Assembly (NCBI GenBank): GCA_017482195.1 | Contig: JAFUNM010000046.1 | Span: forward strand, 67,931-124,013 | From: Clostridia bacterium | GTDB taxonomy: Bacteria > Bacillota > Clostridia > Oscillospirales > QAKW01 | Direction of reading: 5' to 3' | DNA length: 56,083 nt | Shown: positions 12,121-22,474 of the stretch, piece by piece | How positions within the stretch are numbered: the first letter of the stretch is position 1 | Layout of the letters: each line of letters opens with the position of its first letter | Translations under genes and position numbers: made by a program | Notes under the pieces: model-generated | What the model saw: the letters and a program-made list of their open reading frames with translations, nothing else | Told to the model about the DNA's origin: nothing | Databases searched by the model: none

Positions 12121-12475
12121 CGTCGTTTTCTCCTGTCCCATCAAGACCCAGCTCATGCAGTTTCTCATTGATATGCATGCCGTATTTGATGGAGGGGTCG
12201 GCATAGAAGGTCAGCTCCGGGGTGTACCGCAGCTTCAGGTTGCGGGCCAAAGCGCCGCGGATATAGCTGCCGGAGGATTTTAATCCCCGCAGCATCTCCT
12301 TTTCGTCACCATTTAAAGCGGAAACGAACACCTTACATTCCTTCAAATCGCCGGTAGCCTCCACCGCGGTGACGGAAATCAGGGAGGGGACCCGCGGATC
12401 CTTCACGGAAGGAAGGATCCGCGCCAATTCCCGGCGGATCTCTTCATTGACCCGCGCCATACGATGAGTAGCCAT
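12110..12475 (-). CDS. rbfA: Ribosome-binding factor A
   Basis: RMARVNEEIRREL, KDPRV, LRYTPELTF; follows infB. Confidence 0.97.
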   Translation of the reverse strand: MATHRMARVNEEIRRELARILPSVKDPRVPSLISVTAVEATGDLKECKVFVSALNGDEKEMLRGLKSSGSYIRGALARNLKLRYTPELTFYADPSIKYGMHINEKLHELGLDGTGENDDEE

Positions 12476-14979
12476 TAGTCTTTAATCTCCTGCATTTCGA
12501 AGGCTTCGATCATATCGCCTTCCTTAATATCATTGAAGTTTTCGATGGTGATACCGCACTCGAAGTTTTCAGCGACTTCCTTCACGTCGTCCTTAAACCG
12601 CTTGAGGGAGCCCATAGAGCCCTCCAGGATGACCACATTGTCGCGGATCAGGCGGATAGAGGAATTACGCACCATCTTACCGCTCTTAACATAGCAGCCG
12701 GCAATGGTACCGATACCGGAAGCCTTAATGGTCTGCCGAACCTCGGCAGTACCCAGAATGACTTCCTTAAACTTGGGTGCCAGCATTCCCTTCATAGCGG
12801 CCTCGATCTCCTCAATACAGTCATAAATGACGCGATAGAGACGGATATCCACCTGAGATTTCTCGGCATGGGCCTTGGCATTGGCATCGGGGCGGATGTT
12901 AAAGCCTACGATGATGGCACCGGAGGCCTCAGCCAGCATGACATCGCTTTCGTTGATGCCGCCGACACCGTTGTGGATGACGCGAACACGGACTTCCTCA
13001 TTGGAAAGCTTCTCCAAAGAAGCCTTGACCGCCTCAGCAGAGCCCTGTACGTCAGCCTTAACGATGATATTGAGATCCTTGACATTACCCTCCTGAATAC
13101 GGGAGAACAGATCGTCCAGAGAGACCTTATACTGATTCTGAGAAGCCAGCTTCTGATCGGCTTTGCGCTGATCGGCCAGTTCACGGGCCAGACGCTCATC
13201 TTCGACCACGAAGAAGTTGTCGCCTGCCTGGGGAACCTCAGCCAGACCGATGATCTCCACGGGGGTAGAGGGGCCTGCTGTCTTGAGCTTACGGCCCTTA
13301 TCGTCGGTCATGGCACGGATCTTGCCGACTGCCGTACCGGCGATGATGATATCCCCCATATTGAGGGTGCCGTTCTGCACCAGAACGGTGGCAACGGAGC
13401 CGCGGCCCTTATCCAGCTTTGCCTCGATCACAGTACCCTTGGCAAGGCGGTTGGGATTGGCCTTGAGATCCCGCATCTCGGCAACCAAAAGCACCATCTC
13501 CAACAAAGTATCGATATTCTCGTGCTTAAGGGCAGAAACGGGAACACAGATGGTATCGCCGCCCCAGGCTTCGGGAACCAACTCATACTCGGTCAGCTCC
13601 TGCATCACCTTATCGGGGTTGGCGGCGGGTTTATCCATTTTATTGATGGCAACGATGATGGGGATCTCCGCTGCCTTGGCATGGTTGATGGCCTCTACGG
13701 TCTGGGGCATGATACCGTCGTCGGCAGCCACCACCAGAATAGCAATATCGGTAGCCAGCGCACCACGGGCACGCATAGCGGTAAAGGCGGCATGGCCGGG
13801 GGTATCCAAGAAAGTGATATCCTCGCCGTTGCACTGTACTTTATACGCACCGATATGCTGAGTAATACCGCCGGCCTCGCCACTGACCACATTAGCATCG
13901 CGGATAGCGTCCAGCAAAGAGGTCTTACCGTGATCAACGTGACCCATCACAACCACGACGGGACAGCGCTTAACCAGTTCATCTGCATTATCCTCACGGT
14001 CATCGATCAGACGATCCTCAATAGAGAGGATGACCTCTTTTTCTACCCGAACATCAAATTCCTCTGCGATGAGATAAGCGGTATCGAAGTCGATCATCTG
14101 GGAGGCAGAGGCTAAGATGCCCATACCCATGAGCTTTTTGACCACCTGCGCCACATTGACCTTCATCCGCATAGCCAGCTCGCTGACGGAGATCTCATCG
14201 GGAACCAAAATCTTCATCTTAGCCTGCTTGCGCTGCAGTTCAATTCTCTTGAGACGCTCGGCCTCGGTTTCTTTCTTTTTCTTCATGCCGAACTGATTCT
14301 TCTTCTGCCAATCCTTCTTCTTTTGGATCTTCTGCTTAGAAGTCGTCATATTGCGGCTTTCATGGCTGCCGGCCAGATCCAGCAGCTTATCGTCGTATTT
14401 ACCCAGGTTCACATCGTTGGTACGGGTATCCACCACGCGGACAGTACGTTCATAATTCTGTACCTGCTTGGGACCCTTTTCCTTCTTCTTGGTAAAGGGT
14501 TGGGCATTATTGACCGGCTGCTTGGCAGCAGGCTTTGCAGGCTCTTTCACGGCAGGTTTTGCAGGAGCCTTAGCCGCAGGCTTTTGAGGCGCCTTCTCAA
14601 TAAGACGGGGGCCGCTCTTCTTGGGTTCTTCCTTCTTTACAGGCTGGGGAGCCTTTTCGATGAGGCGAGGGCCGGTCTTTTTGGGTTCTTCCTTCTTAGG
14701 CTCTTCGGCCTTTACTTCAACCTTTGGCTCTTCCTTCTTAGGTGCCTCTTTTTTGGCACCTTCGGGATCGGGCCGGTTGGCAAGCTCAAAATAAGCGTTG
14801 AAATTCTCAACCGCACTCTTCTTGGTATAGTAGTTAAAGAGATAGTCCAGTTCGCGCTGGGTCAGCACCGCCATATGGGTGCGCTCTTTGGTCTCAAAAC
14901 GAGTCAGCAGATCCATGACCTCCACACTCTTCATGCCGAAGTCTTTAGCAAACTCGTGAATTCTGTATTTTTGTTCCAT
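12475..14979 (-). CDS. infB: Translation initiation factor IF-2
   Basis: [41 protein letters not shown]. Confidence 0.99.
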   Translation of the reverse strand: MEQKYRIHEFAKDFGMKSVEVMDLLTRFETKERTHMAVLTQRELDYLFNYYTKKSAVENFNAYFELANRPDPEGAKKEAPKKEEPKVEVKAEEPKKEEPKKTGPRLIEKAPQPVKKEEPKKSGPRLIEKAPQKPAAKAPAKPAVKEPAKPAAKQPVNNAQPFTKKKEKGPKQVQNYERTVRVVDTRTNDVNLGKYDDKLLDLAGSHESRNMTTSKQKIQKKKDWQKKNQFGMKKKKETEAERLKRIELQRKQAKMKILVPDEISVSELAMRMKVNVAQVVKKLMGMGILASASQMIDFDTAYLIAEEFDVRVEKEVILSIEDRLIDDREDNADELVKRCPVVVVMGHVDHGKTSLLDAIRDANVVSGEAGGITQHIGAYKVQCNGEDITFLDTPGHAAFTAMRARGALATDIAILVVAADDGIMPQTVEAINHAKAAEIPIIVAINKMDKPAANPDKVMQELTEYELVPEAWGGDTICVPVSALKHENIDTLLEMVLLVAEMRDLKANPNRLAKGTVIEAKLDKGRGSVATVLVQNGTLNMGDIIIAGTAVGKIRAMTDDKGRKLKTAGPSTPVEIIGLAEVPQAGDNFFVVEDERLARELADQRKADQKLASQNQYKVSLDDLFSRIQEGNVKDLNIIVKADVQGSAEAVKASLEKLSNEEVRVRVIHNGVGGINESDVMLAEASGAIIVGFNIRPDANAKAHAEKSQVDIRLYRVIYDCIEEIEAAMKGMLAPKFKEVILGTAEVRQTIKASGIGTIAGCYVKSGKMVRNSSIRLIRDNVVILEGSMGSLKRFKDDVKEVAENFECGITIENFNDIKEGDMIEAFEMQEIKD

Positions 14980-15282
14980 TTAATTACCCCCTTCGATCGT
15001 TTTGGTCAGACTGCCGGAAAAGCCCCGGTCGGCCACGCCGATGATTCCCACCGGTTTCGTGCCGATACTGACACCGAGAGATTCTTTGGTATACGGTATA
15101 TTCATGACCGGAACGCCGAATTCCTCGGCTGCCTCCCGGACATTGCGAAGGGTACGCTCCGCGCAGTCCTCCGCTAATAATATAAGATAGGTCTTATGCA
15201 AATTGGAAAGAACCATATCAAACCCATAGGTCAGCTTTCCCGCTCTGCGGGCAAGGCCTAAAGTAGAAAGAAATTTATTCAC
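14980..15282 (-). CDS. ylxQ: L7Ae-family RNA-binding protein (YlxQ-like)
   Basis: LGLARRAGKL..G; position between ylxR and infB. Confidence 0.88.
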   Translation of the reverse strand: MNKFLSTLGLARRAGKLTYGFDMVLSNLHKTYLILLAEDCAERTLRNVREAAEEFGVPVMNIPYTKESLGVSIGTKPVGIIGVADRGFSGSLTKTIEGGN

Positions 15283-15547
15283 CGCCGGTCAACTCCTTTT
15301 CCAGCGCCGCATAAACCTCCATGGGTACTGCTCTTGCAAAGGCCCGATCCAACGCCTTGCTCTTGCTGAGCTTTTTGACACATTCAGGCTCTCTGCATAG
15401 ATAAGCGCCCCGTCCGGGAGCCTTGCCGGTGAGATCTAAGGAAACGGCACCCTCTTTATTGGCAACCACCCGCACTAGATCTTTTTTCGGCTTCATTTCC
15501 CGGCAGCAAAGACACATCCGCATCGGGATCTTTCGTTCTTTTGCCAA
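15275..15547 (-). CDS. ylxR: YlxR / RnpM RNA-binding protein
   Basis: PMRMCLCCRE.KPKKDLVR, GRGAYLC. Confidence 0.92.
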   Translation of the reverse strand: MAKERKIPMRMCLCCREMKPKKDLVRVVANKEGAVSLDLTGKAPGRGAYLCREPECVKKLSKSKALDRAFARAVPMEVYAALEKELTGGE

Positions 15548-15550
15548 GGC

Positions 15551-16597
15551 TTACTCACCTACTTTGGAAAGCGGCTTGATATCGATCTTATAGCCGGTCA
15601 ATTTGGCGGCAAGACGGGCATTCTGACCCTCTTTACCGATGGCCAAGGAAAGCTGATCATCGCTGACCACTACCACACAGGTCTTGGCTTCGGGATCGGC
15701 GGCAACGCTTAGAATCTTAGCCGGTGCCAAAGCGGAGGCGATGTATTCTTCGGGATCCTCGCTATAGCGGATAATATCCACCTTCTCGCCCTTTAGCTCA
15801 TCACAGATCTTGGAGATACGCATCCCCCGGTTACCGATGCAGGAACCGACGGGATCCACATTCTCCTCATTGGACCAGACCGCGATCTTGGTGCGGCTGC
15901 CGGCCTCACGGGAGATAGCCTTGACTTCCACAGAACCGTCGAAGATCTCGGGCACTTCCAGCTCAAACAGGCGCTTGACCAGACCCGGATGAGTACGGGA
16001 GATGAGGATCTGCGGTCCTCTCTGGGCATTGCGGACTTCTACGACATAGATCTTCACAAATTCACCGGGTTTGAATTCCTCGCCGGGGATCTGCTCATTT
16101 TTGATCAGCATGGCCTGGCTCTTCCCAATGTCCAGGATCACATTACCGTTAGGCTCCACGCGGTTAACGGTGGTAGTGAGGATCTCGCATTCCTTGCTGT
16201 TGAACTCCTGATACAACAGACCGCGCTCCCCGTCGCGAATGCCGTGGATAATGACCTGCTTGGCGTTCTGGGCAGCAATTCTGCCGAACTCCTTGGTCTT
16301 GATCTCTACCTTGGCTTCACTGCCCAGCTTCAGCCGCTTGTTCACGGTATCGTGAGCCTCCTCCAAAGAGATCTCCAATACGGGATCGGTTACCTCTTCG
16401 ACGACCAGCTTTTTCTGGATCAACTTGATCTCGTTCTTCTCGCGATTGATCACGACCTCGGCATTGTCGGAAGTACCGTATGCTCTTTTTGCGGCAGCCA
16501 GCAGAGCGGCCTCTACCTTTTCCAGCATGTAATCAGCGGGGATGCCTTTTTCTGCCTCGATCAGATCCAATGCTTTAAAAAATTCTGCGTTTTTCAT
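15551..16597 (-). CDS. nusA: Transcription elongation factor NusA
   Basis: FGRIAAQNAKQVI, LFELEVPEI, LSLAIGKEGQNARLA. Confidence 0.98.
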   Translation of the reverse strand: MKNAEFFKALDLIEAEKGIPADYMLEKVEAALLAAAKRAYGTSDNAEVVINREKNEIKLIQKKLVVEEVTDPVLEISLEEAHDTVNKRLKLGSEAKVEIKTKEFGRIAAQNAKQVIIHGIRDGERGLLYQEFNSKECEILTTTVNRVEPNGNVILDIGKSQAMLIKNEQIPGEEFKPGEFVKIYVVEVRNAQRGPQILISRTHPGLVKRLFELEVPEIFDGSVEVKAISREAGSRTKIAVWSNEENVDPVGSCIGNRGMRISKICDELKGEKVDIIRYSEDPEEYIASALAPAKILSVAADPEAKTCVVVVSDDQLSLAIGKEGQNARLAAKLTGYKIDIKPLSKVGE

Positions 16598-16614
16598 CTT
16601 ATCCTCCTAATATG

Positions 16615-17088
16615 TCAATCTTTATATTCACTAAAATCGATCCACGGACGGATCAGGCGGCATTCCTTAACCGCAACGGTCATCTCACCTTTTACCGTTT
16701 CCATGGAAAACTGTCCGTCCTCATATCCGGTGAGAGTTCCCACCCAATAATCGCTGCCCTCAAAGGCTTTAAACAGCTTGATCTCGATCTTCTCGCCCAT
16801 AAAGTAGAGAAAATCCTTTTCTTTTTTCAAGGGTCGATCCAACCCCACCGAAGAGACCTCTAAATAATAACGATCCTTGATAAAATCCGCCTCATCCAAG
16901 AGAGGATCCACCGCCCGTGACATGGCTTCGCAGTCCTCAATGGCAATGCCCTCTTCCTTGGTAATATATAGACGAAGGTAAAAATCCGGCCCCTCTTTTA
17001 CATATTCCACATCAAACAACTGATAGCCCAGACTCTCCGCCACCGGCGCTGCCAGCGCTTCCACTCTGGATGCAATATTTTCCTTCAA
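16615..17088 (-). CDS. rimP: Ribosome maturation factor RimP
   Basis: YYLEVSSVGLDRPLK; TTG start at 17088 with AGGAGG RBS. Confidence 0.95.
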   Translation of the reverse strand: MKENIASRVEALAAPVAESLGYQLFDVEYVKEGPDFYLRLYITKEEGIAIEDCEAMSRAVDPLLDEADFIKDRYYLEVSSVGLDRPLKKEKDFLYFMGEKIEIKLFKAFEGSDYWVGTLTGYEDGQFSMETVKGEMTVAVKECRLIRPWIDFSEYKD

Positions 17089-17115
17089 TTGCTCTCCTCC
17101 TATTAAGCAAATAGT

Positions 17116-17144
17116 AAGGAGGTTCGTTTGGAACGAACCTCCTT
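17116..17144 (-). promoter_or_regulatory. rimP leader hairpin (candidate attenuator)
   Basis: Perfect 13-bp stem AAGGAGGTTCGTT / AACGAACCTCCTT between the promoter and the RBS. Confidence 0.6.
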
Positions 17145-17162
17145 GATATTCAAGATATACAT

Positions 17163-17191
17163 AGTATAACACAAAAATAATGAAAATGCAA
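17163..17191 (-). promoter_or_regulatory. sigma-A-like promoter of the rimP-nusA-infB operon
   Basis: TTGCAT-17 nt-TATACT with TG extended -10. Confidence 0.75.
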
Positions 17192-17198
17192 CTATTTT

Positions 17199-17390
17199 TT
17201 ATTTACTATATAATGTATTTTCATCGATCGCGATTTTACCGTTTTCTTTTTCAAATTCATTTACACAGTTTTGCGCCAAAAACTCCAACTGCGCGTTCAA
17301 AGAGCGTTTATTCTGCTTTGCCACATGGGTGATCTTATAAAGTAACTTCGGCTCAAAGCAAATCCCGGTTTGGATTTTATTGGTAGCCAT
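17199..17390 (-). CDS. Small Arc-like ribbon-helix-helix DNA-binding protein
   Basis: MATNKIQTGICF..KLLYKITHVAKQNKRSLNAQLEFL; the RSLNAQ(L/I) pattern is typical of Arc-like proteins; GAGGTG RBS. Confidence 0.7.
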   Translation of the reverse strand: MATNKIQTGICFEPKLLYKITHVAKQNKRSLNAQLEFLAQNCVNEFEKENGKIAIDENTLYSK

Positions 17391-17488
17391 AATAACACCT
17401 CGCAAATATTTTAATAACATTATACTAACTTTTTACTACACTAACAAAGTGTTATCATATTATTGTGATTTATCTTTGGAGGTTAACC

Positions 17489-17686
17489 ATGAGGAATTAC
17501 CGTGAATTTTTGATCTTAAGCTATAATATCCGGGTCTTGCGGGAACGGTTATCTAAAAAAGAGATGGCAAAGCGGTTGGGCATCGGCACCTTGACCAAGA
17601 TCGAAAAAGGCATCCTGCCGCCGCGGCTGATGGTGGATGTTTTATTTGACATTGAAGTTAAAGATTTACTTCGTCCAATAATCTAA
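17489..17686 (+). CDS. XRE-family HTH protein, apparently eroded
   Basis: NIRVLRERLSKKEMAKRLGIGTLTKIEKG; helices look shortened versus the XRE consensus; GGAGG RBS. Confidence 0.55.
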   Translation: MRNYREFLILSYNIRVLRERLSKKEMAKRLGIGTLTKIEKGILPPRLMVDVLFDIEVKDLLRPII

Positions 17687-17808
17687 GAATCAAGACCATA
17701 ACAATCCTCTTGCCCAAATAAAGCCTGTTGAAATTGGATGCAGATCAGCGTTTCTTTTCCCCGACCGTGTACCGTGAGTACGCCGAGGGTAAAAAATGAC
17801 GAAACCAT

Positions 17809-17844
17809 AAAAAAGCCCCCCTTTGGGCAGTCCTTCGGGGAGGC
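17809..17844 (-). terminator. Probable terminator after the DUF4340 gene
   Basis: Minus strand GCCTCCC...GGGGGGC followed by TTTTTT. Confidence 0.5.
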
Positions 17845-17891
17845 ATTCCTTATTTTGGCGTTCTGCGCTGATTTCAGCGGTCAAACCGGTC

Positions 17892-19295
17892 TTACCACTC
17901 TAGGGTAATTACTTCTCCGTTATAGAGCTTTTGCGCGTTTTCAAGGATCTTCTCCACATTCATCTTACTGACCCAGAACTGACCGGAGCCATTGACTTCA
18001 CAGAAGCATTTCAGACCGGAAACGGGATAGAATTTCATCTCTTCCACCGTACCGTCTTTAAGGGTAAAGGTAACGGCGAGGGTCTCCTGCAGTTCCTCTC
18101 CCTTCTGCCCCAGATCGGTAATACTGATGGTCAGGATATGGGAGTAGAAATCAGAGAACAGCTCGCTATCGACCTTTTTATTATTGATAACAACATTATA
18201 GTTGCCCATCTCATCTTGCTCGCCGATGGTGATGTTATAGGTCTTATTGCTGCCCTCCACCTTGATGGCGGCCAGTTGATCCACCGAGCGGGTATAGATC
18301 ATATCCTCGCAGTAATTGAGGAGGGGATCGCCCAGAATCTCAGCATCACTGGCCAGAATAGAGTAGATAAACTTTCCGCCGGTTTCATAGCAATACTGAT
18401 AACCGGACGCATTGACATCGCCCAGGTGCACCTCAAAGGTTTCGCCACCCTTAATATAACGATAGATATAGGTGGGATCGTCCAGTCCCTTTTCAGCCAG
18501 CGCTTCGGGGGAGGTATCATCACCCACAATGCTTGCCACATTCATGGCCACCATCATATCGGAAAGATCGGTGAGCATGGTATTGGAAAGAGAGTGACGG
18601 AAAGGCTCGGTAAGGATATAGGAGGTACCGACCTCATCCTCTGCCAGCTGCTGCTGGGTGATGGACAGCGCTTGCTCCCGACCGGAGCCGCTGATAAACA
18701 TATCAGTAAGATCTTCGTTTTCGGTGGTATCCTCATCACTGTACTCGATCATCTGTCCGTAGTAGAACTGATAGCGGGACAGCAGTACGATATCCGGCAC
18801 GGCAGTTGCCACCAGATAAACGGAAGGATCACCCTCCAACTGGCAATAATAATTGCCGGAGGCAGAGGTGGTACCGAAGGTAAGGGTATAGGTGTCGTCG
18901 TTATTGACGATCACCACCGTACCCTCCGGATCATCGAGGCCGTAGCCTTCCATCTGCTCAGCGGTAGGCGCCTCCACCAGTTTTTTAGTGGCAGTAAAAT
19001 CGGTGAGCTTTTCCAACAGATAAGAAACATTATCATAGAGAACGGGATAGTCCTCCTTGCCCTCGATATAATAGGATTCGATGGCTTTCTTGACCAGGGT
19101 ATATTCATCAAAGGTATTGGTCACCTCGACGCGGTCGGCCTCGGTAAGGTCGGCATCGATCAGCAATACCTCATTGCCCTTTTCCTCGCCTGCATCGTCC
19201 TTGGGCAGCACGAAAGCCACCAGCACCCAAAGAAGGATGCCAAGCACCAAGGCTGAGCCGGCAAGGATCAGCATCGGTCTTAAACGCTTTATCAT
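17892..19295 (-). CDS. DUF4340-like membrane-anchored protein
   Basis: N-terminal TM, two (Y/K)GLDDP motifs; start ATG 19295 overlaps the upstream stop; usual partner of GldG-like ABC systems. Confidence 0.8.
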   Translation of the reverse strand: MIKRLRPMLILAGSALVLGILLWVLVAFVLPKDDAGEEKGNEVLLIDADLTEADRVEVTNTFDEYTLVKKAIESYYIEGKEDYPVLYDNVSYLLEKLTDFTATKKLVEAPTAEQMEGYGLDDPEGTVVIVNNDDTYTLTFGTTSASGNYYCQLEGDPSVYLVATAVPDIVLLSRYQFYYGQMIEYSDEDTTENEDLTDMFISGSGREQALSITQQQLAEDEVGTSYILTEPFRHSLSNTMLTDLSDMMVAMNVASIVGDDTSPEALAEKGLDDPTYIYRYIKGGETFEVHLGDVNASGYQYCYETGGKFIYSILASDAEILGDPLLNYCEDMIYTRSVDQLAAIKVEGSNKTYNITIGEQDEMGNYNVVINNKKVDSELFSDFYSHILTISITDLGQKGEELQETLAVTFTLKDGTVEEMKFYPVSGLKCFCEVNGSGQFWVSKMNVEKILENAQKLYNGEVITLEW

Positions 19296-20752
19296 AAGAA
19301 TCTCCTCCGGATATACACAATGATACCGATCACCAGGAAGATGGCGGGGATGATCACGATAAAGACGATGGATCCCCATCGGATGGCAGAGGTGCTCATG
19401 GTCATATAGGTGGACTCAGCGGTCTTGGTGGTACCCACCAGCTCATTCTCGGTCTCACCGACCATCATCTTATAGACCTCAAAAAGGAAGCCGCTGTTGC
19501 CGTTATAGGTCATATAGGTGGCGCCCAGCATTTCCACAGAGCCGGCCACAAAAACATGGCTTTCGATGGCCACGTTGTCCTGATAGCGATAGCGGGTCGC
19601 AATGGCAGCCACATTGAAGGGACCTTCCCGATCGCCTTCTACCTTCTCATAGGTATTGATGGCATCGCTGCTCTTGGCGTAGGATTCATCGGAGGTGGTC
19701 ATCAACGCCGCCGTCTCGGTGATATCCTGAGCATCAAACAGCAGCTCCACAGAGCTCGCAGAGGGAACGACACTCAAATAATCGGTGGTGATGGGAACAC
19801 CGCTGATCTCAGCCTCAGTATAGGTGGGGATCAGATAGCGGGGGACTTCATCGGTGGAAGAAGCATAGGTAGAGGCGGTATAATCATCGGTCTCCATCAC
19901 CAGGTCATGACCCAGCGCCAGACCCCATTCGGCCAGAAGGCCTTCCAGGTTGGGCAGTTCAGGAGCCTCGGGGTTGGAGAAATAAAAGATATCCCGCTCA
20001 TAATTATAATCGTTAGCCAGGAATTGCTGCAGCTGATAGATCTCCGCCTCGGAATAGTCCATGGTGGGGCCGCAGATGACCATGACTCTTGCCATTTCAT
20101 CGAAGGTGGAAAGCTGACTCAGCTTGACCTCCTGTACATCGGCACCGTTATTGGCAATGAGATTCATAAAGGAATCATAGCCGCTCTCCCCGTGACCGGT
20201 GACAAAATAGACCAGGGGAATCTCGGCCTTGGTGACATACAGTACCGCAGAAGTGAGACACTCCTCCGTCTTATAGGTTACATTATAGCTGGAGCTATCC
20301 TGTTCATACATATCGCTGAAGGCGATAACACGCTTGCGGTCGCCGTTTTCCACCACGATGGCCCCCTCTTCGATGCTGAATTCCGCACCGAAGGAGGTGA
20401 GGATCTGAGGATTGACATCGGGATCCACATATTCAATGGTGATATTATCGGACAGATTGACAAACCGCTTTAAGGTCTCCTTAAACTGGTCAGGGTATTC
20501 CTCTTCGCTGTACATAACGGTCAGCTTGATCTGCTGATCGTCGGAGAGGGCGTTGACTACCTGGCGGGTACTGTCGGAAAGGCTGTAAAGATCATACGAG
20601 GTCATATCCAGCTTCCAGGAATAGGTATCGGCCAACAGAGAGAAGATGACATTGATGATGATCACCACTGCCACGAAGGCAACGGTCAGGCCGGTTGCCA
20701 CAGAGCCATATTTAAATTTTCGGCTTTTAAAGAAATTGGTATTCTTAGCCAT
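19292..20752 (-). CDS. GldG-like ABC transporter auxiliary protein
   Basis: KLDMT...LYSLSD.T, YVDPDVNP, VYFVTGHGE; N- and C-terminal TM; ends RRRFL. Confidence 0.85.
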   Translation of the reverse strand: MAKNTNFFKSRKFKYGSVATGLTVAFVAVVIIINVIFSLLADTYSWKLDMTSYDLYSLSDSTRQVVNALSDDQQIKLTVMYSEEEYPDQFKETLKRFVNLSDNITIEYVDPDVNPQILTSFGAEFSIEEGAIVVENGDRKRVIAFSDMYEQDSSSYNVTYKTEECLTSAVLYVTKAEIPLVYFVTGHGESGYDSFMNLIANNGADVQEVKLSQLSTFDEMARVMVICGPTMDYSEAEIYQLQQFLANDYNYERDIFYFSNPEAPELPNLEGLLAEWGLALGHDLVMETDDYTASTYASSTDEVPRYLIPTYTEAEISGVPITTDYLSVVPSASSVELLFDAQDITETAALMTTSDESYAKSSDAINTYEKVEGDREGPFNVAAIATRYRYQDNVAIESHVFVAGSVEMLGATYMTYNGNSGFLFEVYKMMVGETENELVGTTKTAESTYMTMSTSAIRWGSIVFIVIIPAIFLVIGIIVYIRRRFL

Positions 20753-21456
20753 CAGCTCCACCTCCGTTTGTCAATAATGCGGATGATCAGGAATAAAAAG
20801 ACCACCGTCAGACTGATAAAGTAGAAGATAGACGAGAAATCGAACAGTCCGCTGGCCAGCTTTTCAAAACGACTGGACACGGAGATGACATCCACGATTC
20901 GGTCGGCAATGCTGATATTGATGACCGACTTTAAAATATCACAGATGGCGAAGATCAGCAAGGTGAAAAAGCCCATCATAAAGGCAATGATCTGGCTTTC
21001 CGTCACACAGGCCATCAACATGGCAATGGCGATATAAGCAGCGCCTACCAGCAGAATACCTACATAGTTGCCGACCAGGATACCGGTCTCCACATGGCCG
21101 TTGAAGTATAAAAAGCCCATGGCGAAAATACTGGGAACCAGGCTGATCAGGAACATGGTATAAGCCGCAAAGAACTTGCCCAGCACCATCTTGGTAATAC
21201 TGATGGGGGCAGTGATCAGGATCTGATCGGTCTTATTCTTCCGCTCCTCAGGGAAGAGCTTCATGGTAAGAATAGGGACAGTCAGGATCATAATATAGCA
21301 ACTGAAGTAGAAGTACAGGCTGACTTCCGAACTGTTGCTTGCCAGATTAAACAGGCTATAGCAGGCACCGGCAATGATCAAATACAGAAACAGGTACACA
21401 TATCCCACCGGGGATTTCAGATAAGAGCGGAGCTCTCTTTTCCAGACAGCACTCAT
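20752..21456 (-). CDS. ABC-2 type permease (GldF-like)
   Basis: KRELRSYLKSP.GY, LTMKLFPEERKNKTDQILITAP, VLGKF. Confidence 0.9.
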   Translation of the reverse strand: MSAVWKRELRSYLKSPVGYVYLFLYLIIAGACYSLFNLASNSSEVSLYFYFSCYIMILTVPILTMKLFPEERKNKTDQILITAPISITKMVLGKFFAAYTMFLISLVPSIFAMGFLYFNGHVETGILVGNYVGILLVGAAYIAIAMLMACVTESQIIAFMMGFFTLLIFAICDILKSVINISIADRIVDVISVSSRFEKLASGLFDFSSIFYFISLTVVFLFLIIRIIDKRRWS

Positions 21457-22400
21457 CCTTCGGCACCTCCTTCATTAGCAATCAGATTGACAAATACATC
21501 CTCCAAGGACATATCCATGGACTTAAGACCCATTAAGAACCAGCCGCGCTCGGCCAACAAACGGAAGAGGGGTTTACGGATATCCACGCTGGGCTGACAC
21601 TCAATGAGAAAATCATGGGAGCCCTGCTCCTTGGAGCCGATCTCTTCTACATACAGTACACCGTCCATGGCGCGGACAGCCTTTTTGATCTCGGTCTTAC
21701 CGCCGGCGATCCGGGCCACCAGCTTACGGTTGCCTGCGGTCTTATAGGTGAGGGTCTCAGCATTCCCGTCGGCCACCAGCTGGCCCTTATTGATGACGAT
21801 AATGCGGTCGCAGACCGCCTGTACCTCCTGCAGGATATGGGTAGAAAGGATCACCGTATGCTTTTTACCTAAACGGCTGATCAAATTCCGGATCTCAATG
21901 ATCTGGCGGGGATCGAGACCGACGGTGGGCTCATCCAAAATCAAGATGGGGGGATTCCCCACCAACGCCTGAGCAAAACCCACACGCTGACGGTAACCTT
22001 TAGAAAGGTTCTTGATCATCCGGTCATAGACATCGGTGATCTTGATCAGTTCGCAGATCTCCCTAAGATGCTCCTTACGGGGAAATTTACAGCCCTTCAG
22101 GTCATAGACGAAATTTAAGTATTCCTTCACCGTCATATCCATATAAAGGGGCGGCTGCTCCGGCAAAAAGCCGATCAGTCGCTTGGCGGCGGTGGGATCC
22201 TCCAAAATGTCGATCCCGTCGATGATCGCCGTACCGCTGTTGGCAGAAAGGTAGCCGGTCAGGATATTCATGGTGGTGGACTTACCGGCACCGTTGGGGC
22301 CCAAAAAGCCCACGATCTCGCCGGTATCGACCTTGAAAGAAATATCGTTGACGGCGTATTTATCACCGTACTGCTTGACGATATTTTTTACTTCAATCAT
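21453..22400 (-). CDS. ABC transporter ATP-binding protein (GldA-like)
   Basis: GPNGAGKST, LSKGYRQR, ILDEPTVGLDP. Confidence 0.95.
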   Translation of the reverse strand: MIEVKNIVKQYGDKYAVNDISFKVDTGEIVGFLGPNGAGKSTTMNILTGYLSANSGTAIIDGIDILEDPTAAKRLIGFLPEQPPLYMDMTVKEYLNFVYDLKGCKFPRKEHLREICELIKITDVYDRMIKNLSKGYRQRVGFAQALVGNPPILILDEPTVGLDPRQIIEIRNLISRLGKKHTVILSTHILQEVQAVCDRIIVINKGQLVADGNAETLTYKTAGNRKLVARIAGGKTEIKKAVRAMDGVLYVEEIGSKEQGSHDFLIECQPSVDIRKPLFRLLAERGWFLMGLKSMDMSLEDVFVNLIANEGGAEG

Positions 22401-22474
22401 CAATTTTCTCCTTACTAATGGATTTTTCGATTTTATCTTAACATATACAGCGAAAAAATGCTGTAAACAAACTG

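Noticed and set aside
17690-17884. 64-aa minus-strand ORF downstream of the DUF4340 gene
   Set aside because: Runs through a terminator-like hairpin and has no convincing RBS or motif
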